A DNA stretch of 57,774 nucleotides from an uncultured virus (IMG/VR IMGVR_UViG_3300025126_000736) (taxonomy: Duplodnaviria; Heunggongvirae; Uroviricota; Caudoviricetes). This document shows, piece by piece, positions 1 through 9,462 of the stretch. A model generated the notes under the pieces. The model searched no databases and was not told the origin of the DNA. It worked only from the letters and a program-made list of their open reading frames with translations. The stretch lies in IMG/VR virus record IMGVR_UViG_3300025126_000736. One strand, 5' to 3'. The translations under genes were made by a program, and so were the position numbers. How positions within the stretch are numbered: position 1 is the first letter of the stretch; the number at the start of each line of letters is the position of its first letter.

Positions 1-61
1 TATTTTTGTATATAAGATCTTAGATCCCTATCAAGAGTGATTTCCAATTAAGCATTCCTTT

Positions 62-658
62 TTAAAATGTAGATAATTTTTGATTAATATTATATTTATA
101 AATACTTGATAATATCATTTCTTTATGCACTAGTCCATTATTTTTATTAAAAACATTTAAAAATGCAGGTTGCGAAAGTAAGTAGGATGTTATATTTAAA
201 TGATTAGAATGGAATGATAGAGATACAGGATCAATTTCAGTAGAGATAATGTCAAAATTGTAATCGCACATATATCGAACAATATCGATGCGACCATATG
301 TGCAGGCAGTATGAAAATAATATTCCAATGCTGTTTCAAGTTCGAAATTATCAAAAAAAATAATATTTTCAGATTTTTTTAATATAATTCTTGTTATGTC
401 TAAATTGCCTTCTTTAATGCAGTTTAAAATAAAACTTTTATCCAACAATAGTCGTTCAGGACTCAATGAAGTTAATATATGACAGCAAATTATAAAAGAG
501 TCTTTATATTTTATTGTTTTATTATTTTTAATAAGCCAATTTAAAAAATCCATAATTTCTTCTTTTTTGGAGTGACAACCAACAATATACATTAAATGAT
601 TTTCAATATTTGCTTTTAAAAAGCAACTTGTGCTAAAGTTATTGTTTGTATAAGGCAT
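62..658 (-). CDS. Ankyrin-repeat-like protein with C-terminal K-L-x-x-F motif
   Basis: Ank-like segments (CIKEGNLDITRIIL, ACTYGRIDIVRYM); paralog of 673..1311; ends QKLSTF. Confidence 0.65.
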   Translation of the reverse strand: MPYTNNNFSTSCFLKANIENHLMYIVGCHSKKEEIMDFLNWLIKNNKTIKYKDSFIICCHILTSLSPERLLLDKSFILNCIKEGNLDITRIILKKSENIIFFDNFELETALEYYFHTACTYGRIDIVRYMCDYNFDIISTEIDPVSLSFHSNHLNITSYLLSQPAFLNVFNKNNGLVHKEMILSSIYKYNINQKLSTF

Positions 659-672
659 ATTTAATTCCTTTG

Positions 673-1311
673 TTAAAAATCATGTAATTTATTTTGAATG
701 TCATACTGTTTTATTTTTAAAAGAACATTATTTTTATCAGGAATATTTAATTTTAAAAATAATTGAAATATTTTTTCTTTTTTTATTAAAAATGAGGCAA
801 TATGTGGTTGCTGATGATCAAATGCTCTGGATATTTGATTTACGTGAATACTTGTTGTTTCTTTATACGTGTTGTAAATAAAATCAACAATACTAATGTG
901 ACCAAATCTACAGGCCGTGACAAAATAATGATTAACCCTAGTATGTTTATTAAAAACGTCAAGGAATCCTTTTTCATTTTCGTATTTTTCAAATATTAAG
1001 ATAACAATATTTAATTCACCAATCTCGATATATGTGTCAAGAAACCCAGTAGATAATTTAGAAGGAGAAATATTGCTAGATGAGAGAATTTTGTGACATA
1101 TATCGTAGCTTTTTTTATATTTAATTCTATTATGGTTTTTAGAGAGCCACTCTAAAAAAAAGACTTGCTCATCACTACTCAATCCATTATTAAGAAAGCA
1201 TTTAAGGTGGGTTTCAATATTTTTCTTTGAAAAACTTTTTGCATTAAATGGAAGTTCTAATTTTAATTCATCCGTTGTATACCTCATATAATCTAATCCT
1301 AAACTTAACAA
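673..1311 (-). CDS. Ankyrin-repeat-like protein, paralog of 62..658
   Basis: ACRFGHISIVDFI motif; ends NKLHDF; true start is probably the internal MRYTT. Confidence 0.65.
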   Translation of the reverse strand: MLSLGLDYMRYTTDELKLELPFNAKSFSKKNIETHLKCFLNNGLSSDEQVFFLEWLSKNHNRIKYKKSYDICHKILSSSNISPSKLSTGFLDTYIEIGELNIVILIFEKYENEKGFLDVFNKHTRVNHYFVTACRFGHISIVDFIYNTYKETTSIHVNQISRAFDHQQPHIASFLIKKEKIFQLFLKLNIPDKNNVLLKIKQYDIQNKLHDF

Positions 1312-1646
1312 TACGTTGAAGCAACACGAACTTTTTTTATTTCAGTTTCGTCAGTGATGACTACAACAGGTTTACCATTAAATTCCCTAAGATCAAAATC
1401 TAACCGTAATTCAGGGGAGTCAGCAAAATAACCAGCACTATTGACAGTATAAAGAAATTTAGGAATTTCATTATCTTTATGGAACAATCCAATATTATTA
1501 ATTGAAAAATAGGCGTTTTCAACGGAAACAATATCCTTGACTCTCAAAACAACATTGGAAATAAAAGAAAATGTTAATCCACTAAAAGGAGTCCCTTTAG
1601 CAGAAATATTGGGTGTCATTACCTTATTTATATTACTTTTGGTCAT
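1305..1646 (-). CDS. Hypothetical protein
   Basis: 113-aa ORF with AAGGA SD and TTGACT/TATAAT-like promoter upstream. Confidence 0.55.
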   Translation of the reverse strand: MTKSNINKVMTPNISAKGTPFSGLTFSFISNVVLRVKDIVSVENAYFSINNIGLFHKDNEIPKFLYTVNSAGYFADSPELRLDFDLREFNGKPVVVITDETEIKKVRVASTYC

Positions 1647-1762
1647 TTAAAATCCTTAGTGTTAGTAATTAATAGCATCTTATTATATAGGTACTTTAAG
1701 TTAAAGTCAAAAATAAGTTTTATCGGAACGACAGCCTTCTTTAATTGTGAATATATTTGATG

Positions 1763-2332
1763 TTAAAATTCTTGTATTTTTTTAGACAAATCTAATAAAT
1801 TAATTGCTGTAGTAATATCTTTTTTATATTGAAAAAATTTATTATAAAATAAATCTTGTGTAACTTTGTATTGTAAAAGAAGTTGACAAATATTTATATG
1901 GTTATTTAAAAACGCAGTTGATAATGGATTGTCATCAATGCGGAATTGAGTAATTTTTTTGCTTTCCATTAGCACTCTAACAATATCGATATGCCCATTT
2001 TTAGAAGCCTCAATAATAGCTTGATTATTAACGGCCATAACTCCTGTGCCTTTAAATTCTAATAAATAAGAAACTGCATTTAACCATCCACAACTGGCAC
2101 TTTCTCTAAATAATAAATCATCTAAAAATACAGGATTAATATTGCTTTGCTTAATAAGTAAAATAAGCAGTAATTCTGGATCAATTTTACTAAAATTTTT
2201 TCGTTGAGCTATAATATCAATAAGCAATACTTTTAATGATGGTTTATTTTTGCCTTCAGCAGGTTTGTAATTTAAAAAATCATTAATAAAAGTAGGTATA
2301 TCATCAATATAAAGTGCTGAGTGTATATTCAT
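1763..2332 (-). CDS. Ankyrin-repeat protein
   Basis: AIIEASKNGHIDIVRVLM, PLSTAFLNNHINICQLLL; ends KKIQEF; start moved to MNIHS. Confidence 0.75.
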   Translation of the reverse strand: MNIHSALYIDDIPTFINDFLNYKPAEGKNKPSLKVLLIDIIAQRKNFSKIDPELLLILLIKQSNINPVFLDDLLFRESASCGWLNAVSYLLEFKGTGVMAVNNQAIIEASKNGHIDIVRVLMESKKITQFRIDDNPLSTAFLNNHINICQLLLQYKVTQDLFYNKFFQYKKDITTAINLLDLSKKIQEF

Positions 2333-2333
2333 A

Positions 2334-2885
2334 TTAAAACCCCGAAACATTAAGTTGAGTGTTATGTATACTGATTGCATTCAAAGCCTTATTTTGCTCT
2401 TCTAATGGCATTTGTGCTAGTAAAGATTTAATATCTTCACGCTGATATAGTAAGTGGCAAATATCATTTCGATGATTTAAGTACGCAACCTTAAGAGGGT
2501 TAAAATTAAATATAGCAGGAAACATTAAATTGTGTGAGAGTAATAATTCAACAAGAGTAGTGTTACCATTAGCACAAGCAGTAAGTAATGCAAAGTTATT
2601 ATTAAGGCTTGGATCAACACCCTTATATTTAAGAAGATATGATGCTGAATTATTTAAATTGTGCATTACAAGAGATTGAAAAATAATATTATTTTCCTTT
2701 ATAGTGAGTGACTTTGTAGACTTTAGGATATCAACTAATATATTATCAAAAGAAGTAAAACTGTGATATTGAGAAATAAATAAAATTATGGATGAAAAAA
2801 TATCATCATCAAATTTATTGTTAATAAATAATGAATGAATGAGGGATATCGGCTTTAAAGGATTTTCTTTAAAAATAGTTAACAT
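2334..2885 (-). CDS. Ankyrin-repeat protein
   Basis: VDPSLNNNFALLTACANGNTTLVELLL; ends LNVSGF. Confidence 0.75.
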   Translation of the reverse strand: MLTIFKENPLKPISLIHSLFINNKFDDDIFSSIILFISQYHSFTSFDNILVDILKSTKSLTIKENNIIFQSLVMHNLNNSASYLLKYKGVDPSLNNNFALLTACANGNTTLVELLLSHNLMFPAIFNFNPLKVAYLNHRNDICHLLYQREDIKSLLAQMPLEEQNKALNAISIHNTQLNVSGF

Positions 2886-2933
2886 AAAATTGCCATAGTG
2901 AAAATAATTAAGTCATTATACTATGTTTATGTT

Positions 2934-3785
2934 TTAAAAACAATTGATTTTTATTTTATTAATCACTGTGTTCTTTATATCATCCATTATTTTATTGTCA
3001 TTTTTAAGCTTCAAAATAAAGTCGTTATCAAATATTGGATCAAAAAAGCCACTAAATATAAAATTAAATAAAATGTTTTTTTCTATATGAGTATAAGTAA
3101 TAATTTTATTAAAAAGACCATTAAATATAAATAATAAATCATTTTTTGAGTAACTAAGTTTATTAAATAAATTATTTTTTTCATCGTGTAAAATAAAATG
3201 ATAAGCAGTGGAAAGTTTATTATTTTGATTAATATATTGTAAATATTTTGGTTCCTTAAGAATAATTTCTTTAAGTAGAGTTAAATTATAAGAGAATGCT
3301 ACATTAATATTAATGCTAATGTTTTCTTCTGTTTCTTGATCAAGTTTAAGAATAATTTCTTTTGGATCAGAATTAGCTTCGATGTGGACGATAGACTCTG
3401 TAAGCTTGGTAAGCCTAATGTAAAAGTAAAAGCTTTTTTCAATAAATGAATTATTTTCAATGTAATCTAAAAAATGTATATGAAGTCTGCTAATAACAGC
3501 CCTTGATGAAGGGATAGGGTATTCAGTTATTAGTTGTTCTTCACCATCGTGCATTCCGTAATATCGAGTTAAGTTTTTATTATAATGGTGTATTCTCCTG
3601 TATTTAGTTCTAGGTTGACTGTCATTAAACTCAAAACAAAGCGTGTTAATGTCAAACCCCATATTTTTTAAAATTTTTAAATTTTTCTCAAAAAATAGAA
3701 TAGTATCCCTTTGAAAGGAAAGTGGAATGCCAGAAAAATTGGCAATAATTTTATTTTCATAACGAATACTTGCAGAAATAGACAT
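2934..3785 (-). CDS. Hypothetical protein with C-terminal K-I-x-x-F motif
   Basis: 283-aa ORF with GGAG SD; ends IKINCF. Confidence 0.6.
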   Translation of the reverse strand: MSISASIRYENKIIANFSGIPLSFQRDTILFFEKNLKILKNMGFDINTLCFEFNDSQPRTKYRRIHHYNKNLTRYYGMHDGEEQLITEYPIPSSRAVISRLHIHFLDYIENNSFIEKSFYFYIRLTKLTESIVHIEANSDPKEIILKLDQETEENISININVAFSYNLTLLKEIILKEPKYLQYINQNNKLSTAYHFILHDEKNNLFNKLSYSKNDLLFIFNGLFNKIITYTHIEKNILFNFIFSGFFDPIFDNDFILKLKNDNKIMDDIKNTVINKIKINCF

Positions 3786-3801
3786 TTTAAAACTCCGTTA
3801 A

Positions 3802-4452
3802 TTAAAAACGATTAATATTTGCTATTAAATTGGATACTTTATATCCTTTAATTGTGGTTTCAATCGCATCGTAAAAGTAATCTGAGTTTTCCATATCAAA
3901 ATAATGTAGTATATTTTCTGAGAAATTATTTTTAAGTGAAATAAGTTCTTTTTGACTAAATGTTCTAAATTCATTAAATGCGAAAATCCCAAAAATTTGT
4001 TGCAAATAAGTTACCTTATTAAAGCATTTATGTCGCATAATATTTGTGACAGGGATTTTTTTAATTAGATTAAGTATGAGGAAATCCGATGGTGTTAATT
4101 CTCCCTCAAAATAATATTGAAGCCTATATGCAGAGGGATGTAAGTTGGCGTTGAGAGCAGTAAAAATAAAGGCTCCACCAATGAGAATTGATTTAAAAAA
4201 ATATATGGCATACATAAATGAGAACAAAAATGGGGTGATAGATAATGCAATAAATGCTGGAAGGTAAGAGATCCGCAACGTATGAGAATCAATAGAAAAA
4301 TAACAGAGTGCAGAACAAAAAAACATTGCAATGCTTAATAGGATTAGCTTGTTGAAGCTGCGTAGTAGTTGCTGAGATTTGTCTTTATCACCAATAAGGA
4401 CAGTTAGTAGTTTTGTGTTAATGTATGAAAATGGCATTAGTTTAAGAAACAT
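3802..4452 (-). CDS. Membrane protein with C-terminal N-I-x-x-F motif
   Basis: Hydrophobic N-terminal helices; ends ANINRF. Confidence 0.6.
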   Translation of the reverse strand: MFLKLMPFSYINTKLLTVLIGDKDKSQQLLRSFNKLILLSIAMFFCSALCYFSIDSHTLRISYLPAFIALSITPFLFSFMYAIYFFKSILIGGAFIFTALNANLHPSAYRLQYYFEGELTPSDFLILNLIKKIPVTNIMRHKCFNKVTYLQQIFGIFAFNEFRTFSQKELISLKNNFSENILHYFDMENSDYFYDAIETTIKGYKVSNLIANINRF

Positions 4453-4688
4453 TATGAGCCTCGATTAATCAATTTTTAGATAACAATATTATATCACAAA
4501 GTAAACGTTAGGGATATTTTTAATTAAGAATAATGCTCTTTAATTTAAAATTAATAATTTTGCTTAAAATAATGATGAAATACTGAAATTATTGCTTTTT
4601 TATTTTTCTAATTATGGTAAATTATAGAGAAATTAATTAAGTAAAATAAAAGAGCAAAATTCACTCTTTTATTTTTCTTGCTAATTAA

Positions 4689-6479
4689 TTACTTATCTTG
4701 ATGGTAGTGTCTTATGGCGTGTTCTGTTTGTCTTGCTTCACTAAATGAGTCAACTTTTTTAAGGTATCCAATAACTCGTGTAGCATGTGAAATATTAGTG
4801 CTTTTACAGCAAACGCACTGAGATAATGTTTTTTTGTGAATGTGTCCACAATCATTGCAAACAGTAACCTTAACATTGATGCAGAAGTAGTTACAGCCTT
4901 CTTTTGCTGATGCATTAAAAAGTTTAAGATACTGCTCTTTTGATAGGTAATCGTCAAGATTTAAATGTAATGCAGAACCACCATCTAAGTAACGTGTAAC
5001 TTGTTCGCCATGAACAACAAATTTATCACCAACATGGCATTCTTCATCTTCTACTGCATAAAAGTAAGAATTATAGCAATCTCTTTTTGTGATAAGGCCA
5101 TCTGCTTTATCCCATTTTGCATTTTTGACACCTAAGTTTTCTGCTGGAACAAATTCCGTATTAAACATATATCCAGTTTCAAGTCTTTTGGCTTTGTTTT
5201 TATCATATATGATTTTCAATAATTTTGAGCAAAACTCTTTGTATTCTGGATTGTTTCCTGCTGTGAGTCCTTTAAACTCTGCTGCCTCAACTAAGCCGTT
5301 AATCCCAAGTGTTAAATACTGCTTATCAAGTGTAATAAATCCAGCATCGTAGACGGTAAGCATTTTGGCTTCTTTAAATTCATCCATGATTTTACGGTAT
5401 GCAATTTGATATTTATGGATTTTATCAACTTGCTCACCTAAATCAATATTTTTTTGTATAATACGGTTCATGTTCATTGTGATAACATTAATACTACCAG
5501 TGGCAACACCGCCTGCACCTAAACTGTAAGAGAACTCATTATCATTAAGTTCATTTCTAAGTCTACAGCAGCTTGCAAGGCTATCAACACTATCACTTTG
5601 ATAGATGAAGAAACTATTGCCTTCTGAAAGTTCTATTGCACAAAAATTAGCAAATTCTTTGTTTACAGCCCCATGTTCTTTATCAACAAGCATAGCTGCA
5701 GTAATAACTGGGAAGGTAAGGAGGCTTCTCTCTCTCTCTTTGTTGATCCACTTCATGAACATTTTTTGAAGTTGATTGATTGAGTCCCATTCTGGTTTAG
5801 TAAAATGTTCATCAGGGAATACAAAGTCGCCAAACATACCATTGAAGTATTCTTCATCATAAATAGTGATATTCCAGAAAACAGATTGATAACCACGAGC
5901 TGCTGCTGGTTGATTGATTGAGTAAACAACACTTTCAAAGAATGCTTGGATGGTTTCTTTGTGTTCTGTATGATAATCATCGCCAAAAGATTTTTTTGCA
6001 AAATAATCAAAATACATTAAAAATTCAACAGTTGCGACAGCTCCTGCAAATTGTGATGCAACTGCGAAAATTAAATTAATAAAAGATCCACAGAAACTGG
6101 CTAAATGTTTAGGTGCCTTTGATTCTCCTCCTAATTTTGTAAGACCATCGTGTAAGAATGGATACATATTAATGCTTACGCAGTATGGCTTGAGTGAGGT
6201 TTCGTCATGTACATAAATTTCATGAGATTCAATTTGACGAATATATTCAAGAGCAAGATCTTTGCCATAAAGTTCTTCAATTTTATTGCTAACCATTGTT
6301 CTGTTTACACCAATCATTATATCTTTTGGTAATTCATATTCCATTGTTGCTATATTTTTAGTTACAACGTTTGCATTAGCATCAAATTTTGATGATGATG
6401 CAGCATTTTGTCCTTTCATATAATCTTTAATAAATGCCATTTTTTCATTAATAAATTCTTGCTTGTATTTTTTTAACAT
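4689..6479 (-). CDS. nrdD: Anaerobic (class III) ribonucleoside-triphosphate reductase
   Basis: YVHD and PYC motifs, SCCRL, EFVPAE, C-terminal CxxC...CxxC and TRVIGY glycyl-radical motif. Confidence 0.95.
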   Translation of the reverse strand: MLKKYKQEFINEKMAFIKDYMKGQNAASSSKFDANANVVTKNIATMEYELPKDIMIGVNRTMVSNKIEELYGKDLALEYIRQIESHEIYVHDETSLKPYCVSINMYPFLHDGLTKLGGESKAPKHLASFCGSFINLIFAVASQFAGAVATVEFLMYFDYFAKKSFGDDYHTEHKETIQAFFESVVYSINQPAAARGYQSVFWNITIYDEEYFNGMFGDFVFPDEHFTKPEWDSINQLQKMFMKWINKERERSLLTFPVITAAMLVDKEHGAVNKEFANFCAIELSEGNSFFIYQSDSVDSLASCCRLRNELNDNEFSYSLGAGGVATGSINVITMNMNRIIQKNIDLGEQVDKIHKYQIAYRKIMDEFKEAKMLTVYDAGFITLDKQYLTLGINGLVEAAEFKGLTAGNNPEYKEFCSKLLKIIYDKNKAKRLETGYMFNTEFVPAENLGVKNAKWDKADGLITKRDCYNSYFYAVEDEECHVGDKFVVHGEQVTRYLDGGSALHLNLDDYLSKEQYLKLFNASAKEGCNYFCINVKVTVCNDCGHIHKKTLSQCVCCKSTNISHATRVIGYLKKVDSFSEARQTEHAIRHYHQDK

Positions 6480-6509
6480 ATTTTTTCCTTTTTTTTGTTT
6501 TAAGTTTGT

Positions 6510-6956
6510 TTATGATTTAATGAATAAGAAGGTGATATCTTTTTTGTTTTTTAAATCAATAAATTTTTGATTAGTTGTTTTTGAGTTTAATCCACCAAGA
6601 TCAGTAATCCACCGACCTGTTTTAATGAAGTCTAATTGTTGTAATATAGAAGGATGAACTCTGTTAAGTCCAGTGTATAGGCAGGTTTTAAGATTGAATG
6701 ACTTCACTATTTTTAATAGTTTAACTAAGCGTTCCTTCTCCCATTCACCACCAAGAAAACATACAGTAGAAATAATTGACTGATATTTTAGAATTAATTC
6801 CACTAAATGATTATTAGTTAGCTCAGTCCCTTTATCAGTCCAAGTATGAGAGGAATGACAACCTTCACAGGCTAAACTACACCCTGTAATTAATATTGTT
6901 AATGATATTTCATTAGGGACTTCACTGAATGTAACTCTTACTGTTTCATATTTCAT
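6510..6956 (-). CDS. nrdG: Anaerobic RNR activating protein (radical SAM)
   Basis: EVPNEISL, GCSLACEGCHS (CxxxCxxC), GGE, TNQ; adjacent to nrdD. Confidence 0.93.
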   Translation of the reverse strand: MKYETVRVTFSEVPNEISLTILITGCSLACEGCHSSHTWTDKGTELTNNHLVELILKYQSIISTVCFLGGEWEKERLVKLLKIVKSFNLKTCLYTGLNRVHPSILQQLDFIKTGRWITDLGGLNSKTTNQKFIDLKNKKDITFLFIKS

Positions 6957-6967
6957 ATTTTATGCTT

Positions 6968-7016
6968 AAACCTATATATTGTTGCTATAATCTAATTATA
7001 GCACTATATATAGATT
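6968..7016. promoter_or_regulatory. Tandem NrdR-box-like operators upstream of nrdGD
   Basis: AAACCTATATATTGTT and GCACTATATATAGATT, cores 32 bp apart; both resemble the acaCwAtATaTwGtg consensus. Confidence 0.6.
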
Positions 7017-7145
7017 TTAAAATAATAATAATAGACAATATAGCAATTTTATGATCTAGATCAAAGAAAGTATTTTGATATAATAATGTATAATGAAAAA
7101 AATATTGTAAAATTAAAAACTTATTAAAAACTTATTAAAAAGTAT

Positions 7146-7826
7146 TTAAAAATCATTAATCTTATTTGATAAAAGTTTTGTTCTAAGTGACGGTATTGAG
7201 TTAATAAAATTAATATATTCTGCTGGTGAAAGTAAATAGAATGAATCAGGATTAATAAAGTGATTGTTAATGAAGCTGAGTTCTTCATTGTTGAAATTAT
7301 ATTGGTTTGTTATGAGATATTGCTGGTATATAAGTAAGTAAATGTCAAGAGTTGCTGGCTTTAACGAAAAAATACAAGAATAAAGATCTTTTACTGGCAT
7401 ATTTTTTGATAGAATAGATGAGAGTTCAAAAGAAATCTCATTTCTAGTATAGCAAATTTCTTTGGAATGCTTTGATGCTACTTTTTTAAAAAAAACTCTA
7501 TAAATATAGTGTGGAATGAAAAAAGTTAAAAAGAAGGTTTTCTTTGAACGTAATGCAATGATACATTCGGTTAACTCATTTAGGGAGTTGAGTTGGTTTT
7601 TAGGAAATTTAATAACAAAAAAACAAATGGATATTATATTTAAAGTGACTATATTGAGTATGAAATGTGAATAGGAAGTATTTAAATAAATAAAAATCAA
7701 GTTAATGAAAAAAGTAATGGATATTGTTAATATAATATGGGTAATTAAACACATGAATTTAAAGTTAATAAAGTTATTGTCGGCTAAAAAAAGAAGGCAC
7801 TCTTGTTTGTTTATAAATTTTGTCAT
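7146..7826 (-). CDS. Membrane protein with C-terminal K-I-x-x-F motif
   Basis: Two N-terminal TM segments; ends NKINDF. Confidence 0.55.
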   Translation of the reverse strand: MTKFINKQECLLFLADNNFINFKFMCLITHIILTISITFFINLIFIYLNTSYSHFILNIVTLNIISICFFVIKFPKNQLNSLNELTECIIALRSKKTFFLTFFIPHYIYRVFFKKVASKHSKEICYTRNEISFELSSILSKNMPVKDLYSCIFSLKPATLDIYLLIYQQYLITNQYNFNNEELSFINNHFINPDSFYLLSPAEYINFINSIPSLRTKLLSNKINDF

Positions 7827-8027
7827 ATAAGATTTACCTGAATTTATTTAAAAGAGTGATTGCATTATTGAAGTAATTAAAATCTTTAAGCAATGAAATT
7901 TTGCTATAATTAATCAACTTCATAATATTAAGGAGTAATGCATTCACTCATAGTAGTTGGCTTAATAAAAATGTTTGGGATATTATAGCACTTAATGTAA
8001 ATAAGTAAAGGTGTTAATTGAGTGAAA

Positions 8028-8103
8028 TGGTGGGTGTGGAGGGATTCGAACCCACGACCTTCAGGTTAAAAGCCTGTTGCTCTACCAACTGAGCTACACA
8101 TCC
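8028..8103 (-). tRNA. tRNA-Lys(UUU), type A
   Basis: Cloverleaf GGATGTG...; anticodon arm ACAGG-CT-TTT-AA-CCTGA; encoded CCA. Confidence 0.95.
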
Positions 8104-8117
8104 AAAAAAAATAAAAC

Positions 8118-8193
8118 TGGTAGGCGCGGTGAGGTTCGAACTCACGACCAACTGGTTAAAAGCCAGATGCTCTACCAACTGAGCTACACGCCT
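8118..8193 (-). tRNA. tRNA-Lys(UUU), type B
   Basis: Cloverleaf AGGCGTG...; TCTGG-CT-TTT-AA-CCAGT; CCA. Confidence 0.95.
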
Positions 8194-8203
8194 AAAATAA
8201 AAC

Positions 8204-8279
8204 TGGTGGATGCGGTGGGGGTCGAACCCACGACCTTCAGGTTAAAAGCCTGTTGCTCTACCAACTGAGCTACACATCC
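8204..8279 (-). tRNA. tRNA-Lys(UUU), type A
   Basis: Tandem copy, TTT anticodon, CCA. Confidence 0.95.
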
Positions 8280-8293
8280 AAAAAAAATAAAAC

Positions 8294-8369
8294 TGGTAGG
8301 CGCGGTGAGGTTCGAACTCACGACCAACTGGTTAAAAGCCAGATGCTCTACCAACTGAGCTACACGCCT
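8294..8369 (-). tRNA. tRNA-Lys(UUU), type B
   Basis: Tandem copy, TTT anticodon, CCA. Confidence 0.95.
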
Positions 8370-8379
8370 AAAATAAAAC

Positions 8380-8455
8380 TGGTGGATGCGGTGGGGGTCG
8401 AACCCACGACCTTCAGGTTAAAAGCCTGTTGCTCTACCAACTGAGCTACACATCC
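8380..8455 (-). tRNA. tRNA-Lys(UUU), type A
   Basis: Tandem copy, TTT anticodon, CCA. Confidence 0.95.
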
Positions 8456-8468
8456 AAAAAAATAAAAC

Positions 8469-8544
8469 TGGTAGGCGTGGTGAGGTTCGAACTCACGACC
8501 AACTGGTTAAAAGCCAGATGCTCTACCAACTGAGCTACACGCCT
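8469..8544 (-). tRNA. tRNA-Lys(UUU), type B
   Basis: First Lys copy in transcription order, TTT anticodon, CCA. Confidence 0.95.
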
Positions 8545-8549
8545 AAAAT

Positions 8550-8581
8550 AAAAAACCCAAAGAAATATATATTCCTTTGGG
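8550..8581 (-). terminator. Attenuator-type intrinsic terminator directly 5' of the tRNA-Lys block
   Basis: CCCAAAGGAA-loop-TTTCTTTGGG-TTTTTT on the minus strand. Confidence 0.85.
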
Positions 8582-8634
8582 CTAAACAAAACACCTAAAG
8601 GCTACTTATTCGTAGCCTTTATATAGACTACTTT

Positions 8635-8673
8635 TTATGGTTTCTTTGATTTTTTAGATTTAAAAGTTTTCAT
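8635..8673 (-). CDS. Putative Lys-sensing leader peptide MKTFKSKKSKKP
   Basis: AAGGA SD; 6 of 12 codons Lys (5 AAA, 1 AAG); followed by alternative hairpins, a terminator and 6 tRNA-Lys. Confidence 0.75.
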   Translation of the reverse strand: MKTFKSKKSKKP

Positions 8674-8713
8674 TATATAGTTTCCTTAAATTTTGATTTA
8701 ATTTTATTAAAAT

Positions 8714-8778
8714 TGGTTGGGGTAGTAGGATTCGAACCTACGACTATTAAGCACTTTAACCGCCCAAGCTCTACCCCA
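8714..8778 (-). ncRNA. 65-nt tRNA-like RNA lacking a normal anticodon arm
   Basis: 7-bp acceptor TGGGGTA/TACCCCA, T-arm GTAGG-TTCGAAT-CCTAC, D-like arm, ACCA end; only 11 nt between D and T arms. Confidence 0.65.
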
Positions 8779-8797
8779 AATTGTGTTACATTAAAAC

Positions 8798-8872
8798 TGG
8801 CGGGGAAGGTAGGATTTGAACCTACGACCTATCGGTTAACAGCCGACTGCTCTACCACTGAGCTACATCCCC
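8798..8872 (-). tRNA. tRNA-Asn(GUU)
   Basis: GGGGATG... GTCGG-CT-GTT-AA-CCGAT ... G73-CCA. Confidence 0.95.
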
Positions 8873-8892
8873 AAATTGTGTTACATTAAAAC

Positions 8893-8967
8893 TGGCGGGG
8901 AAGGTAGGATTTGAACCTACGACCTATCGGTTAACAGCCGACTGCTCTACCACTGAGCTACATCCCC
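8893..8967 (-). tRNA. tRNA-Asn(GUU)
   Basis: Copy in 95-bp-period array. Confidence 0.95.
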
Positions 8968-8987
8968 AAATTGTGTTACATTGAAAC

Positions 8988-9062
8988 TGGCGGGGAAGGT
9001 AGGATTTGAACCTACGACCTATCGGTTAACAGCCGACTGCTCTACCACTGAGCTACATCCCC
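8988..9062 (-). tRNA. tRNA-Asn(GUU)
   Basis: Copy in 95-bp-period array. Confidence 0.95.
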
Positions 9063-9082
9063 AAATTATATTACATTAAAAC

Positions 9083-9157
9083 TGGCGGGGAAGGTAGGGC
9101 TTGAACCTACGACCTATCGACATATCACCGAGTGCTCTACCACTGAGCTACATCCCC
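9083..9157 (-). tRNA. tRNA-Asn-derived variant with non-canonical anticodon loop (UGAUAUG)
   Basis: Body near-identical to tRNA-Asn; anticodon arm CTCGG-TGATATG-TCGAT. Confidence 0.75.
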
Positions 9158-9177
9158 AAATTATATTACATTAAAAC

Positions 9178-9252
9178 TGGCGGGGAAGGTAGGGCTTGAA
9201 CCTACGACCTATCGACATATCACCGAGTGCTCTACCACTGAGCTACATCCCC
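9178..9252 (-). tRNA. tRNA-Asn-derived variant with non-canonical anticodon loop
   Basis: Same variant as 9083..9157. Confidence 0.75.
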
Positions 9253-9272
9253 AAATTGTATTACATTAAAAC

Positions 9273-9347
9273 TGGCGGGGAAGGTAGGACTTGAACCTAC
9301 GACCTATCGGTTAACAGCCGACTGCTCTACCACTGAGCTACATCCCC
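9273..9347 (-). tRNA. tRNA-Asn(GUU)
   Basis: GTT anticodon, CCA. Confidence 0.95.
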
Positions 9348-9367
9348 AAATTATATTACATTAAAAC

Positions 9368-9442
9368 TGGCGGGGAAGGTAGGGCTTGAACCTACGACCT
9401 ATCGACATATCACCGAGTGCTCTACCACTGAGCTACATCCCC
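9368..9442 (-). tRNA. tRNA-Asn-derived variant with non-canonical anticodon loop
   Basis: Same variant as 9083..9157. Confidence 0.75.
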
Positions 9443-9462
9443 AAATTATATTACATTAAAAC

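Noticed and set aside
4712..6010. Short ORFs overlapping nrdD in other frames or strands
   Set aside because: Shadow ORFs of a well-supported gene; the same applies to antisense ORFs within repA, iscB, the CDF, GIN and Zn-repeat genes
8077..8444. Two identical 63-aa ORFs on the + strand
   Set aside because: Antisense translations of the tandem tRNA-Lys genes
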